A stretch of 64,000 bases of DNA from Octopus bimaculoides (lineage: Eukaryota). The translations under genes were made by a program, and so were the position numbers. Shown here piece by piece: positions 26,601 through 39,717 of the stretch. The notes under the pieces were generated by a model. It saw only the letters and a list, made by a program, of their open reading frames with translations. It was not told the origin of the DNA and made no database searches. The DNA lies in the NCBI RefSeq assembly GCF_001194135.2, contig NC_068988.1, positions 4,615,930-4,679,929 on the forward strand, written 5' to 3'. Positions within the stretch are counted from its first letter, which is position 1. Each line of letters opens with the position of its first letter.

Positions 26601-29064
26601 TAATAAAGTATGTTTTTTTCTGAGATTTACACACAAATTACATTCAATAAACGGATAAGAATATTTAACCATAATTGAGTAGCATTTCTTGTAAGCCTTA
26701 AGTGAAGTCAAACATATTTTTTCCATTAGTTTCTTCAGGCAAATTACGAAAATAATTAAGAGTAAAATACAAAAAAATTGAATAAGATTTATGAAAGTAT
26801 TTTTATGAGTTTCAGAAAAAGCTATCTCTTGATATCTTCTTTTAAAAGATATGACTTGAAAATTAAACAAGTGTAATTCGTAAAAAGAGTTTTAGGAAAC
26901 ATACATTGATGTGATGAAGATTTCTTTGTGTATATTCTCAACACCACTTCCAACAAACAACAACGTTTTACAGAAATTGTTTAGAAGCAAATTACAATCA
27001 ATCTGTATATATCACACAGACGCAATTTCATATAAACTCGGCGGGTCTTTTTTATTTATATATATATATATACTCAATATACATAGTTTACATATATACA
27101 TTGCGTATATACATAGCATATGTACTTCCAGCCTCAACATTTTAATATCTCAAAACACAATAGCAGGTAATTAATTATATACATATCCGCTTACTACGTA
27201 CTCTTACAACCACAATATACTGTGTGTTTTTTATTTAAATTACTAGTAATGTTCTCTCAATTACTAATTTACATTATGTACCTTTTAAAGTAGATTAAAC
27301 AAATTAAACTGCTAGGTTGATGAAACAGTTTCATATCTTGTCGGCGATTTACAAACAAGGCGCCATCTTAATCCATGATTGATTGTTTGCAAGTCAGTGT
27401 AGATACCAAAACAAAAATAAAAGAATTAAATTCTTTAAAACAAAACAGGTTAGCGGTTAAATGTCTTAACCTTTTTCTGTTGTAATTAACTTGAAAGCTT
27501 TATATTATTAAAATCGTCATTCTATCGGATTTTTTAAAATTTCAATGTCTTTGTTTTTGTTTTGTTTTTCATTGTTTGGGGGATGGATACATGTTTAAAT
27601 GCAGGAAAGTAGACATTAGAAATTATTTTGTGGGTAGCTTTGAGAAAGCAATCGAGAAAATAATTTCCTTATTCTGCTGTGATTTATTAGTGAAGAGAGA
27701 CAAAGAAATTATTGGTGTTAAATGAAACATCAGCAGAAAGTAAGAAAATGAAAAGAGAATTATTGGTAGCAAAACTGTTTCTTTGATCAGCCTGAACGTA
27801 TCCATATAGTGGTAAGAAATGTTCTGATATATCTTCTCATTAATCTCACTGATCGTGTCTGAAAGATTAAATCAGCTAATGTGTTTAGTTATCTGATAAA
27901 ATTAACTAATAATATATTTACTATGATATCTCGCTCGACATTAATATCTGTTGGCAGATGATATTGATTAGCTCGAACTCTACAAAAATCCAAACAAAAC
28001 TGATAAAAACAAGAAAAAAATCTCTGAGCATTTACTGATGTAAGATCAAGAATGATATGTATCATTATCAGTTCAATCTCAACAGTAACTGATAAACAAA
28101 TTCTGTAATCGATAAGAAAATTCAATCTACAAATGCCTACGTTACGATCATCTAAAGGGATATTTTATTAAAGAAGACCCACGAAATATTATAGTGATGA
28201 AATGTTCCTCCGCTACAAACAATTACTGTTTTCATTTCTTCGCCTCATATTTCTAACTTGTTTCACTCCCAGACGCTACAGACCTACTTATTCTAATCCC
28301 ATAAATCTTAGGCGTTGGACTAAATTAAAATATGCAATTAATAAAAATATCTTTATAAAAAATGTTATCTTTCGTATCTGGAACTCGGCAGTTTTAAAGA
28401 AAGTCAATTTTCACTTTTTTTTTTATATTTGTGTTGTTAAAAGTCACACTCAGTTTGAAACCTTCATGGATAGTTAACGGTGGACACACACCAAATGCTA
28501 CAAATTCGTGTAACATAAAATGATTCTTATATTGCATACAAAATATTGTGTATATATACAATAATGAACATGTTACATATTGCATACACAATTGTATATG
28601 TAATATTTCATATATTCTATACATAATATTATATAAATAAATATAGTAGTGTTTCGATAATTTAACAACCAAGTGTCTCAGAGCAATTCATTTCGCTATT
28701 TTCCCACACCAGGATACTAGGGTATTATATATTTTAAATACTCCTTATTGCTAGGGTAATAAGAGATTTCATATTCATACGAAATCTTTCACCATACATG
28801 TATGTTAAAAACAACAATGTAATACATGTACTCATCAAGACAGACACGTATTATTTCCATTGTATTTGTCTATATATTTTTTCAAATGTCCCTGGAATTA
28901 CGGTGAAATACGATAATTAGCAGTTTGTTCTAATTTAATCTAAATATACAACCAGGCTTCAACTAGTTAGTACCATAAACGTTATGAGAATAAACAGTGA
29001 CATCTCTCGTGCTCAAAATATATTCAACAAACTTAATTAATGAATAATAATCATACTCTCAAGG

Positions 29065-29180
29065 TGGACGAATCATTAGCGCACCCATCTTTTGCCTTCT
29101 GAGGTCAAATTCCTTCGACGTCAACTTTGCATTTCACCCTCCCTCAAACCTGCTGGTTTTGTACCAATATTTGAAACCAT
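29065..29180 (+). mobile_element. Family A SINE fragment
   Basis: GAATCATTAGCGC...GGTCAAATTCC..CGACGTCAACTTTGCATTTCA...TGCTGG..TTGTACCAATATTTGAAAC. Confidence 0.7.
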
Positions 29181-29214
29181 TGTTAATTATAGTCTCCTAT
29201 TTTACCCATTAACT

Positions 29215-30290
29215 AAAACCGGCCTTTTTTAAGGTTACTATATTTATTAACAAAAACCTCGACTCATCAAAACGTCCCTCCGGTTTCTTTTATTTAACAC
29301 ACAGGCCATGACACAGAGGGGACAGCACAAGGACACGACAAAAAAAAACATTTAGGGGCTGGGGTTATACCTTAGTTAAATATCAAATATAATGAAATCG
29401 GATGAAATTACACTGTACAATGAAATCGAAATGAATTTTAAAATTATGTTAATATATTTTCCGGGTTCGTGTTCGAACCGCCTGTTTTTTCCCTTTTTTT
29501 TTATAACTTTTTATAATACCCCCTTTTTTATTATAATTTTTCCTTCCGTCATTTCCGTTTAGACCAACCACACTAGCGCGGCCTCATTCACTCTCAACTT
29601 CTTTACGACATTTGTCTATCTTTTTTCAAACGCTCTTCGAGGCAGGCATCTCTTCTCAAGACTTATCTTTCTTTACAGGTGGTAGTTAAAAAAAACCCAA
29701 CCTATCTGTGTCTGGAGATAAAGTTGACTTTCTCAATTCTTCTTCCACGCGTCATCCATACTGTCTCTTTTAATACGGCTACTACGCAGAAAAATGACGC
29801 CCCCCTTTCCTTGTTAAAGGAAGAAGGCGGTACAATCTTGAGGAGAGACTCAGTCGATAACCGTACTCTTTCCGTATCTGACACCAATTGTTCGACATAG
29901 GTTATCAGTCCCCTTAGTTCCTCACAATATACAAAGGTGTGCGTTACAGTTTCACTGACACGCCTGCACCTCGGGCATGTGGTGGGATACCAGCACTATG
30001 CCTTGACAACCTCTCTCGAACTGGCAAAGCCGATTGGTAGCACAGCCAGGTCAGGGATTTCTGGAAGTTGTCCAGATACCCCGGCCCAAATGTTCCTCCG
30101 AACAGGTTGAGAAGCTGTTCCTCGTCGAAGCCCAGAGTCTCCCCCAGGACACGTGCTCTACCAACCCACTATAAAAATCCGCAGTTGTACCAAAACGTCC
30201 CTCCGGTTCTTTATACACGCACCGAAGAGATAAATATTCCGACTCGAAGAACGCCGAAGACACACACACAAAGCGAAGTGTCTCTGATTA
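29215..30290 (-). mobile_element. 5'-truncated Tx1/L1-clade LINE (ORF2 C-terminal zinc knuckle + 3' UTR)
   Basis: Minus strand, joining frames: LDNFQKSLTWLCYQSALPVRERLSRH..., TCPRCRRVSETVTHTFVYC (CX2C..HX4C), ...VLKETVWMTR.... An A-rich 3' region follows toward lower coordinates. Confidence 0.85.
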
Positions 30291-31919
30291 TAATTTCGCA
30301 AGTTTAGTTAAAAGATTAAAATATTAAAAAATAGTGGTAGTTTTTTTTCTTTACTACGGACAATAATTCTAAATCTTTTGGGATCAGAAAATTACATACT
30401 GTTGCATTCCTATTTCTTTAAGAACATAAACATCTATGTTGGAAGAGAACTGAATATTTACCAAAGCTGGAATTGAACGCAAATTGTGATGACGGCTGCC
30501 AGAGGCTCCTTCCCATCCACGTCCGTGGCATAAAATATTTTAATGTTAGGTGGACTAACTTTAATTGAATTTGTTACAATATATATTTGTTATTTATTTC
30601 ATCCACTTCGCTTGATTAAAAGACAAAGTTAAAAGTGGTAGAATTAGAATTCAGAAGATGAGGCAATCGAAACGTATGATAGACAATCCAAATATGAAGC
30701 CAGCAGAAAATGGAATAATGGCAAGCACATGTCTGTTAGTTAAAGAACATAGAAGGAAAATAACTTGATAATAATTGGTTGAAACAATATGAAAATTTAG
30801 TAACTTTCCCAATTTCTTTTATTTTCTTTTTTCTCGTTACTTAAGTCACTGTAAACGATTTTTATGTTCTAATCTTTGAGAAGACTACAGTTCAAATGAT
30901 GTTTACATCCGATTTACTCCAGACTGTAAAAACTGCTACACTTTAAAGAAGTATGTTAATTGAATTAGATCTCCGCAACGATACACCTTATGCTTCATAG
31001 ATTATTCTTCAGCTAATTGGCGTCTAATAAGTAGCTTCTAAATGAAATTTGGACTAGCGTTTCGATTCTTGGTTATAAGTTTTGAAGGAAAATAACCAGA
31101 GACACACATTAGGGATAATCGACTCCGTTAAAGTTTGTAATAAATAGTTTATTTTACTGTTTGTTTTGAGAAAATTTAATTTTAATTATTTCTAAAAGAA
31201 GGAATTAAATTTTCTTTTCTAGTAGAAATATATTTTCCTCTTAGTTTTTTTTTTTTTTAGATTTACTTAACGTAGATGGAATTTAGATGTCTACAACTAG
31301 AAATTTATCTTCAATATATCTACTTACCCAGATCACAAAAGAACAACGGAGCACACACACACGCATATATATGTGCAGTTTAATTGAATTCGTAATTAAT
31401 GAGGTACAATGTACATTTTGCAATGACGCAATTTGATGACGGGTTATACGAACATGCATTAGATTTTATCGTGCAATAATTCCAATAGTTTAGGCTTCTC
31501 TGTTGTGATGATATGGTATTAATTTTCCCTTGTATGCAGCTTCGAAGATAAAATGAACTGTTTTCAATGAAATTTCGTGACAACCTTTTTCTTAGACATT
31601 CCCTCAGATCGTGTATTAATCAATAGTTAACTCGAGTTAACCATAGGATAGGCTGGTTATTTTTGATTCGACAAAGAATCTTACATTGACTGTTCTATTC
31701 TTATGTATGATGGGATCTTTACCCTTTGGACGGCACATTGAGAAATTACTTTTTTGTAATTAAACACTTTCAAACTTGGGACACTGGTAGACTGTGTCAT
31801 ATAAAACATCTTTTACTCTTAGTGATGCTGAGAAAAGTTTATATTTTCAAAGTTATTTCGTGTTAGAGTTGTCTTATTTCGGTAATTTCAACCAATCAAT
31901 GACGTGTATTCAGCTGAAT

Positions 31920-32545
31920 AAAATTACTGCTGTTGTTTTTCAACAACTTCCGGTGGTGTATATTACGAGAGGGGCCAATTGAGAGCGGGACCAATTGTGC
32001 CGTATTGTTGTTATGTGATGTATGATTTACGCTGTGGGCAGATAGCACGGGGTCCAAGTCTTGGGTGTATCTTAGAGGCGATGCCAGCTTCAATACTGAT
32101 GGAATATTTTCTACATCATGCAGATGATGCAGTGCTCACGGCGGCGTTGGAGAGAATAAAGCTTAAGCTTTTCTAGTCGACCTCAATAATCAAGGCCTGT
32201 CATGTCATCTATCTTTTTTGTAATTGACCTTTGAGGTGCTTCAATTTTCATATTTTGTTTCGTGTGGGGAGACCACAGGGGACAAAAGTATTCAAGGTGG
32301 GGTCGGGCAAAAGTAGAGAAGAGGAGGATAATGGTGTGGACATCTCTCGAGTGGAAAGTTCTAAGAACAGGAGCACATTCTGCGGGTCATGTCAACTTTG
32401 CTGTTTATATGAGCGGCCCAGCTTATGTTGTCCACAAAAACTCCCAAGTCTCAGATGTTGTTGGATGCCATGAGAGTTTCATCTGAAGGAAGTGGGTATG
32501 GGAGTTTCAGGGTATCCATTCTTCCGAAGTGGATTAATTAAATTC
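31920..32545 (-). mobile_element. CR1-clade LINE ORF2 C-terminal fragment
   Basis: Minus strand DLGVFVDN..SWAAHINSK...LRTFHSRD...FARPHLEYFCPLWSP...IEAPQRSITKKI...RLEKLKLYSLQRRRE, classic CR1/L2 post-RT motifs, with stops. Confidence 0.9.
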
Positions 32546-33479
32546 GAAAAATTAAAACGTTATCACTGTGGCTGTCACAAAGACTTTCATGTTAAGCATT
32601 CCATAAATTCAGTGCTTCCTATGACATCACGTGTTTATGTAACGAGAGCAACAGAGTTGTGAAGTGTTCACTTAATATTTTCTCTAAAACATGTCTTTTA
32701 ATTCTATAGTGATGGTGAGACATGAAATTCTTTATGGTTGGACTGTGTTATTCTGTAGAATATGTGAATATTAGTGTTACTGGTTCAGCTACCAGAAGTG
32801 AAGCAGTGCTAAGTAAATATTGGTACATCAAGTCTGAACATTTATACCCATTCAGAATATTTCAAATAGTCAAAGATTGAATTATCGCTTACGTACATCG
32901 AAATGTTTTACTCTTCATATGGAATTATAAGCTAGTTCTTTACATTCTTATCAAAAAGCAGATAAACATATCTTTATATAAATAGAGAGACAGAGAAAAG
33001 AAAAAGGACGAAGGAGAGGAGGATAATCATTATGTAGATGCTGAGATAAAGAAATTTCAAATTATTGAATAAAACATTGCCAATTTCCTTGAAATTTTTC
33101 TTACAGTAATGATTAAAACAGGAATTCACGATAATTAGATTTTATTTAAAATTACTTTAATTTATTTAAGGAAATTAATATAGATATAATTTCCTTACTT
33201 CTAGAAATAGTCACGGTCGGTTAGACCAGCTCCATAGAGTTTAAAGTGTTTAAATTCGATGTTTATTGTGTTAACCAATTCTCCTTTAGTTGTTTCTTTT
33301 TACATGTTTGTTTACTTCTCCTATTTTCTGTTACTATCAAAGCCATACTGAAGTCAGTGTTTATGGAATGGTTTAAATCATATTTTTTAAAGATATGACC
33401 TGAGGGTGAAGGGTTCGGACTTCGTTTGTTTTTTTTCACAATATTCCACTGTTTATATATTTCCCTGTTTATTAAAGCA

Positions 33480-33680
33480 GAGAGCTGGGAGGATCGTTAG
33501 TAGGCCTGAACAAAAGACTTAGCAGTATTTTGTCCTCACGCTCGGAGTTCAGATTCCGCCGAGGTCAATTTTGCCTTTCATCCTTTCGGTGTCGATGAAA
33601 GAAGTGCAAGTTTTGCTGGGGTCGATGTGGTCGACTTACACTTCACCCGAATTTGCTGGCCTTGTGTCAAAATCTGAAAT
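33480..33680 (+). mobile_element. Family A SINE
   Basis: GAGCTGG..GATCGTTAG...GAGTTCAGATTCCGCCGAGGTCAATTTTGCCTTTCATCCTTTCGGTGTCGAT...GCTGGCCTTGTGTCAAAA. Confidence 0.88.
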
Positions 33681-34958
33681 CGACATTTTCTTATTTATGT
33701 CAACAAGCTACGGGCCCGAAATATTACTTAGTCTTTCGCTCCTAGATTGGAATTATTAAACTGCAACGCAACAAATTCGAGCATGCATGAAAGAAGACTT
33801 TCATAGTTAACAGAATAGACTCCGACAGATAATGATACAGACAATAATAATAGACAACGTTATTAAAATATGAGAATAACAAAGTAGTGATTACAACGTA
33901 GGTAAAATTTAACACTTGTCTTATGACTGAAGTAGAACAAAATTGTTGTAAATTTCATGTTGAAGATTCATCAATAAAAGTGGCTCTAAGAAATTAGCGG
34001 CTCAGATTAGGCGACCACAACATTATGAATAAAGTTAAGGAGTTCAGAAATTGGCTAATGTGCCTTACAAAATGGAATATGGGTTCTTGTCCTTCTTATT
34101 GTATTGTACTAGAATATGAAACATAGCAATTTGGCGGCAAAGGGTCTAGTTTATTCAAACAGAGAACATGAATTAGGAGAGAAACAAGTTTAAACGCACA
34201 CTTTCATTCATCTCCATCTCTCTCCTTTTCCATTTCTCTTTCTCTCAATACATAATACACACACATACATCTATACATACACGCACACATATATACATAC
34301 ANNNNNNNNNNCACACACACAATATATATATATATATATAAATTTGAGAGTGAGAGAGAACATAACGTCTACAATCTACATAAGCAAACTAATAAAATAC
34401 GTTGCCAATGTAAAAGTAGTCCCAATATGTATTCCAGTAACGGTTTTAAAGAGCCACAGTCTGTAATGATGAGTGAGAAGACAAATACCACTCTAGAAAA
34501 CAGAGATAACCAAATACTAACTGATCATTATTTGCCATAGTAGGTTGTGCAACGAATCTATTCTTTGTAATAGTTTAACCCACTACAATAACGGTAGTCT
34601 TTTCCTTTAACGTATGTTTTTCTTATTGGTATCTATGAAAAAAACCTATACAATTATGTATCTATGGAGATTGCAGATAAAACATAACAAAACAGAGCGT
34701 TAGAGGCAGGAAAGGATAATAGATAGAACTTGTATTGACACAGATGCAACTGAAATATCATATGTGTGTACGTGTGTGTGTGTCCATGTGCCTTCGTGGG
34801 TTTATGTGTTTCTATGTATTTAGGTATATGTATTATATATCATACATTATAATATGTGCGTATTACACATACATACGCATATATTCACATATCTACATAG
34901 ATATACATACAAATTCCTATATACATGCATATGCACAAAAGAATGCATACACACATAA

Positions 34959-35004
<46 letters not shown>

Positions 35005-35894
35005 GCACAAACGATCATATTTTTATTGAAGGCATTGAAGGTACAATTGCTCACATTGACAGAGCATTCCTTTTTCAAAGCAATTCCCGTTGTGGCTGTT
35101 AAGAACATTGAAGACGTCATGTTAAGATCATTGAAGCTTCATTCACTACAAACTGATTTGTACAACAGCTCTAGTCTGAGAGTGTTTGCTGAGTGTACAG
35201 CAGATCGAGAAAATAATTAACAACGGAATTACCATTTCAGTGATGCCTTTAGCGCTTGCAAGGAACATCTTGCTAAATTGTGGTAACTACAGTGTAGGTC
35301 ACTAAATCTAGTGTATTACTTAACTATGAAAACAATACCTGATCTGAGAGGATAGCAGGTGAATCCTGAAGTGTCTTGTTGAACTAATGATCTGAGCTAC
35401 ATTAAATTGAAGAAAGTAATGTCCAGATCCATTATGTTAAGGAAGTAAAGGCGATTAGCAACTTCCACTCCTCGCTTGCTACAATATCCAAATGCTAGCC
35501 ATCGTTTAGAAATTTGTGAAAATCTTGATAGAGCTATCCGTAGTCTGAGAAACACGTTGTTCATTCAAGCGATGAACCACGAGTTAGAATCCTGAATAAC
35601 TAAGGTGGATAAGTCAGTCATATTTGGCATGTTTAAGGTTTGAGCTACAACATGAGGTCTGCCTATAAGTGCTCCAGCTAACTGTGGTCTATCTGAACGA
35701 CGTATTGTTTTCATAGCGTGGTAATCTATTTTTTGTTACCCGTTAGCTTGGAGGTTTCTTACAGGAATTAATCTTTTTAGTTACTAGAAACAATTGTATA
35801 TTCAATTTCTTTTGAAAAATTGTGTGTGCGCGTGTGTATACGTTTGTTTCCTCCCCTGGGCGTCTGCTAGTACTTTACATGCACCACTTTCTCG

Positions 35895-35949
<55 letters not shown>

Positions 35950-36381
35950 GGTCAGCAGGTTCCTATGGAAAAAATTGCCAAGCTTCGGAACCAGTGCAAC
36001 ATTACCCTGTATGGGCAGAACCACAAATGTAGAACCCCACCAAAAACCTGTAGGAAAATTCATAAAGACGCGTGGTCTAACGGTTTTGCAATACGGAGTT
36101 CTGCGAATTAAATCAATTTGACTGTGCTGAAACCAGAATAGTGTAAAAGAGTACGGCAAGATAAACGGTGGAACTCACGAAGTAGCAACGAGGGTGCAGG
36201 AAAGCGTATTGCCTCAAGGAAATCAATGAAAATTTAACGCAAGGGAATCGTACATTTTTCTCTCTCTCTCACTTTCTGTCCTCACGCTCACACACATACT
36301 TAAACACACATCTATGTTTGTTTATTTATANNNNNNNNNNNNNNNNNNNNNNNNNNNNNNNNNNNNNNNNNNNNNNNNNNN

Positions 36382-36429
<48 letters not shown>

Positions 36430-37023
36430 GTGCTCCTCCCACCAGGACACAGCACAAATGCATGTTCACAGGAGAGTAATTCCACTTCTTTGCTGTGAAA
36501 ATGACAGACTTTTGGCATCACTTCAAACTAAACATTACTTGAAACTATTTTGCCTCAAACTTTCAGAGTGGTGTTGCTGAACGGATACTAAAACCATGCC
36601 AGCAATAGACAAGGAAATCCTATCATTTTACGCTTACAGCCTGCTGCAAACAGTTATAACAATATTCACTAAAGTTTTTCTCAACTTATTCTTGATTAGA
36701 ATCATAATTGCCATCATTTTCTTTGTTATAGATGCAGCCCTCGTCCTCCACTTCGCAACATTCACCATTGTTTCAGGCACTAAAATAATTACTGTTGTAG
36801 TAGTTGGACAATCAATAATACGGTTCCATTTAATTATATATAATATGGTGTGTTTGAGTGTGTGTAATTTATGTATATCAATATCTATATATGTATGTTT
36901 CACTGCCTCAGTAACTGAATATTTATGTGTACGAGCGCGCGCGCGTGTGTATATGTATGTACAGGTAGACATCAATATACAGCTATTTCCTGTGATTAAT
37001 TGTTTATTTTCTAATAAACTCAG

Positions 37024-37098
<75 letters not shown>

Positions 37099-37249
37099 GT
37101 ACATACAAAACGTATATACATACACAATATATATATGCACACACACATACATACACATAATATATATATGCACACACACATACAGACAGACACATTATAT
37201 ATATATGCACACACACATAATATATATATATATATGTATAGTATAATAT

Positions 37250-37407
37250 AGTATAAGGCAATCAGTAAGTTATCATAATAGAACTCAGAGTTTCAAATGC
37301 CGGAGCGTCTATCGTCAAAACAGCCGATGAAAATGCCTCGAAGCTATTAGCTTTGGCATTTGAAACTCTGAGTTCTGTTATGACAACTTATTGATTGTCC
37401 TATACTA
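37250..37407. repeat. Palindromic element (about 52-bp arms) containing a hammerhead-like motif
   Basis: TATAAGGCAATCAGTAAGTTATCATAATAGAACTCAGAGTTTCAAATGCC (to 37301) is the reverse complement of GGCATTTGAAACTCTGAGTTCTGTTATGACAACTTATTGATTGTCCTATA (from 37355), with a few mismatches. Confidence 0.9.
37319..37379 (+). ncRNA. Type I hammerhead-ribozyme-like motif (CCGAUGA core variant)
   Basis: AACAG CCGATGA AAATGCC-(17 nt)-GGCATTT GAAA CTC-T-GAG TT CTGTT. Stem I 5 bp, stem II 7 bp, palindromic stem III. Confidence 0.7.
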
Positions 37408-37869
37408 TATATATATATAAATTCCTCTATTTCCATAATATCACGGTCTCATTCTTTTGTTGTCATTTTATTATTATTATTAAAATATATATATATGTAT
37501 ATACGATTTTGAGTTCAAGGCTATTATTATTATTATTATTTATAGATTCAGAAATGTATTGTTTGTCGAAACAAAGATTCGGTGCGTCGTGTAAAATACA
37601 TACAGAAGTGTCGATGGTTAGCACAAAAATTTAGTGGAAAATATACAGAAACGACTGACGTTTAAAAATGGGGTTGAATCAGGAAATTCACGATGAACGG
37701 TTTCCACCCTCTTATGCGATATAAACCTCTCGTTCACAAACTCCTTAAATATATTAACAGATTTTACATATTACCAATGTGCTGAATATATGCTATGCAG
37801 ATTATTTCACAAATATAATATGCCGTATATCTATCTATATATATGGTGTGTAATATTATACGTATTTAA

Positions 37870-38070
37870 AAGGGCGGTAAGCTGCCAGAAGCGTTAGCAC
37901 GTTGAGCAAAATGCTTAAAGGTATTTCGTCCGCTCTCGTGTTCTAAGTTCAAATGTCGCCCCGGTATACTTTCGGGGTCGATAAAATAGGTACCGGTTGA
38001 GCACTGGGGTCAATGTTATCGACTTACTCCCTCCCCATAATTGCTGGCCATGTGCCAAATTTTGAAATTA
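37870..38070 (+). mobile_element. Family A SINE
   Basis: GGCGGTAAGCTGCCAGAAGCGTTAGCACG...GGGGTCGATAAAATAGGTACC...GCTGGCCATGTGCCAAATTTTGAAA. Confidence 0.9.
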
Positions 38071-38369
38071 ATGTTATACGCATTAATGCAGTATCCAGTT
38101 CTGCCAGCGTGTATATATATATATATACATATATAAGTTAGAGGTGTTAAGCCCGCTAAGGGAAATAAATATCCAGAGGCACACCTGGTAATTACCTCAG
38201 TAAGTTTGGTCATTAGTATAAGGTATACGGCAGCAGGTAATTTAAGTGGTAAACCGTAGTTTAATGTATATATATAGACGATAAGTAAATGGAGGAAAAA
38301 CAACAAATAGAAGTGTGTCTGTGGTGCTAAATAGCCATTATTTAATTAATTAATTAAGGTGAGGGTAAG

Positions 38370-38900
38370 AGTGTGTTTACAGCTGTTTCTGAGTACCGTG
38401 GTTGAGGTAAATATGTATTTACCTCGTTGCAAATGGTAGACGTCATTAGAACGAAGAAGGCAGAGATAGGCAAAGAGGAGAATAGAGCGAAAGATAGAGG
38501 GAGAAATCAGAGAAGAAAATCTGTAATGATTTGAAAGTCTTACGTTTTAATTGTGTTCAAAGTTCATTAAATCCATTGTAAGGTAGTTGAATAGAGGATG
38601 GTTGAACCCGAAGAAGTCTGTAGTTATTTGCATTACTTCCACGTGTGTGCTTGTTCAGCTAGTTGCCCGCCGGTGTAACCTGAGGGAGTCATCCCTAAAA
38701 AGGGATATCCGGTGTGGTCACTAACTTATAGGTTGTGGGTAGTTCGTATATTTGCAGAGGAAGCCGTAAATAAGGGTAGAGTTTATATCTAGCAGGAGTG
38801 CCATTTAGTGCTAATGCCAGAAAGAAATAATCGTCATTGTGAATTAACTGCTAAACGTTGTTGGAAATTGTCCTTTGCTGTCTTTGACGAGAAATTGTTG
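38370..38900 (-). mobile_element. Possible decayed PLE 3' end (GIY-YIG tail and terminal region)
   Basis: Weak minus-strand similarity (..QLPYNGFNE, compare LG.L.P.G.N) followed by a hairpin GAGGTAAAT/ATTTACCTC and GAAACAGCTGTA. Confidence 0.35.
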
Positions 38901-39134
38901 TGATAACTGCTCGTGTGATTCAATCATTTTCTCTCCATCACGGACTGGTTTGATATAAGTCAGTCTTGTGAAAGAGGATTTATGTGTAGGTTTTGATATA
39001 AATGAGTTTGAATGAAAATTAAAAAGATTCCATGCGAGATTATTTTTATTCATTGAAATAATATTGATTCGATATTTTTAAGCAAATGACTGTTATTATC
39101 ATTGTTATATATTATTATAATAATATTTCTTTCT

Positions 39135-39570
39135 ACTATAGGCAGAAGGTCTGAAATTTGGTGGGAAGGGGGCTTACGAATTGCAATCAACTTATTTTTT
39201 TGACTCTAAAAAGATCAAAGGCAAAGTCAATCTCAGTGACGTTTCCACTCATCCTCTCGAGATCGATAAAATGAATTCCATTTGAGCACAGGAGTTGATG
39301 GCCCCTATCCACAAACTTTTAGGGGTTTTGCATATAATAGAATGAATTAATACTATTTATTTTTTTAAGGCGGCGATCTGGCAAAATCATTAGTGCGTTG
39401 GACAAAGTTTTTGGCAGCATTTATTCCAACTGGGTTTCAAATCCTGCCGCGGTCAACTTCCCTTTTCATTTGTCAGAATCGAAAAAGTAAAAAGTCCCTC
39501 AAGTAATGAGGGTGATGAAACCGACTTAACCCTCTCCGCAACACTGCTGGCCTTGTGCCACAATTTGAAT
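39135..39570. mobile_element. Two family A SINE fragments in opposite orientation (about 39135-39250 minus, 39366-39570 plus)
   Basis: GAAGGTCTGAAATTTGG...AAAGGCAAAGTCAATCTC (minus copy) and GGCGGCGATCTGGCAAAATCATTAG...GCTGGCCTTGTGCCACAATTTGAA (plus copy). Confidence 0.8.
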
Positions 39571-39717
39571 TCTTTTTGTTTACTTATTTTAATTGTGATT
39601 AATATTTTGGGTACAAGATATAATCATAGAATACAGGTCAACTTGGATGCAAATAATAGAAAGGATAACAGCACAGATATCAAACGCTCCATTATTTTTC
39701 GGGTGTTAGGGTTTTGT

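Noticed and set aside
30655-30676. AAGATGAGGCAATCGAAACGTA minimal hammerhead-like string
   Set aside because: C3 and U4 are missing and no stem I forms.
35945-36240. CAGAGGTCAGCA start resembling a hAT terminus
   Set aside because: No matching right TIR or 8-bp TSD was found.
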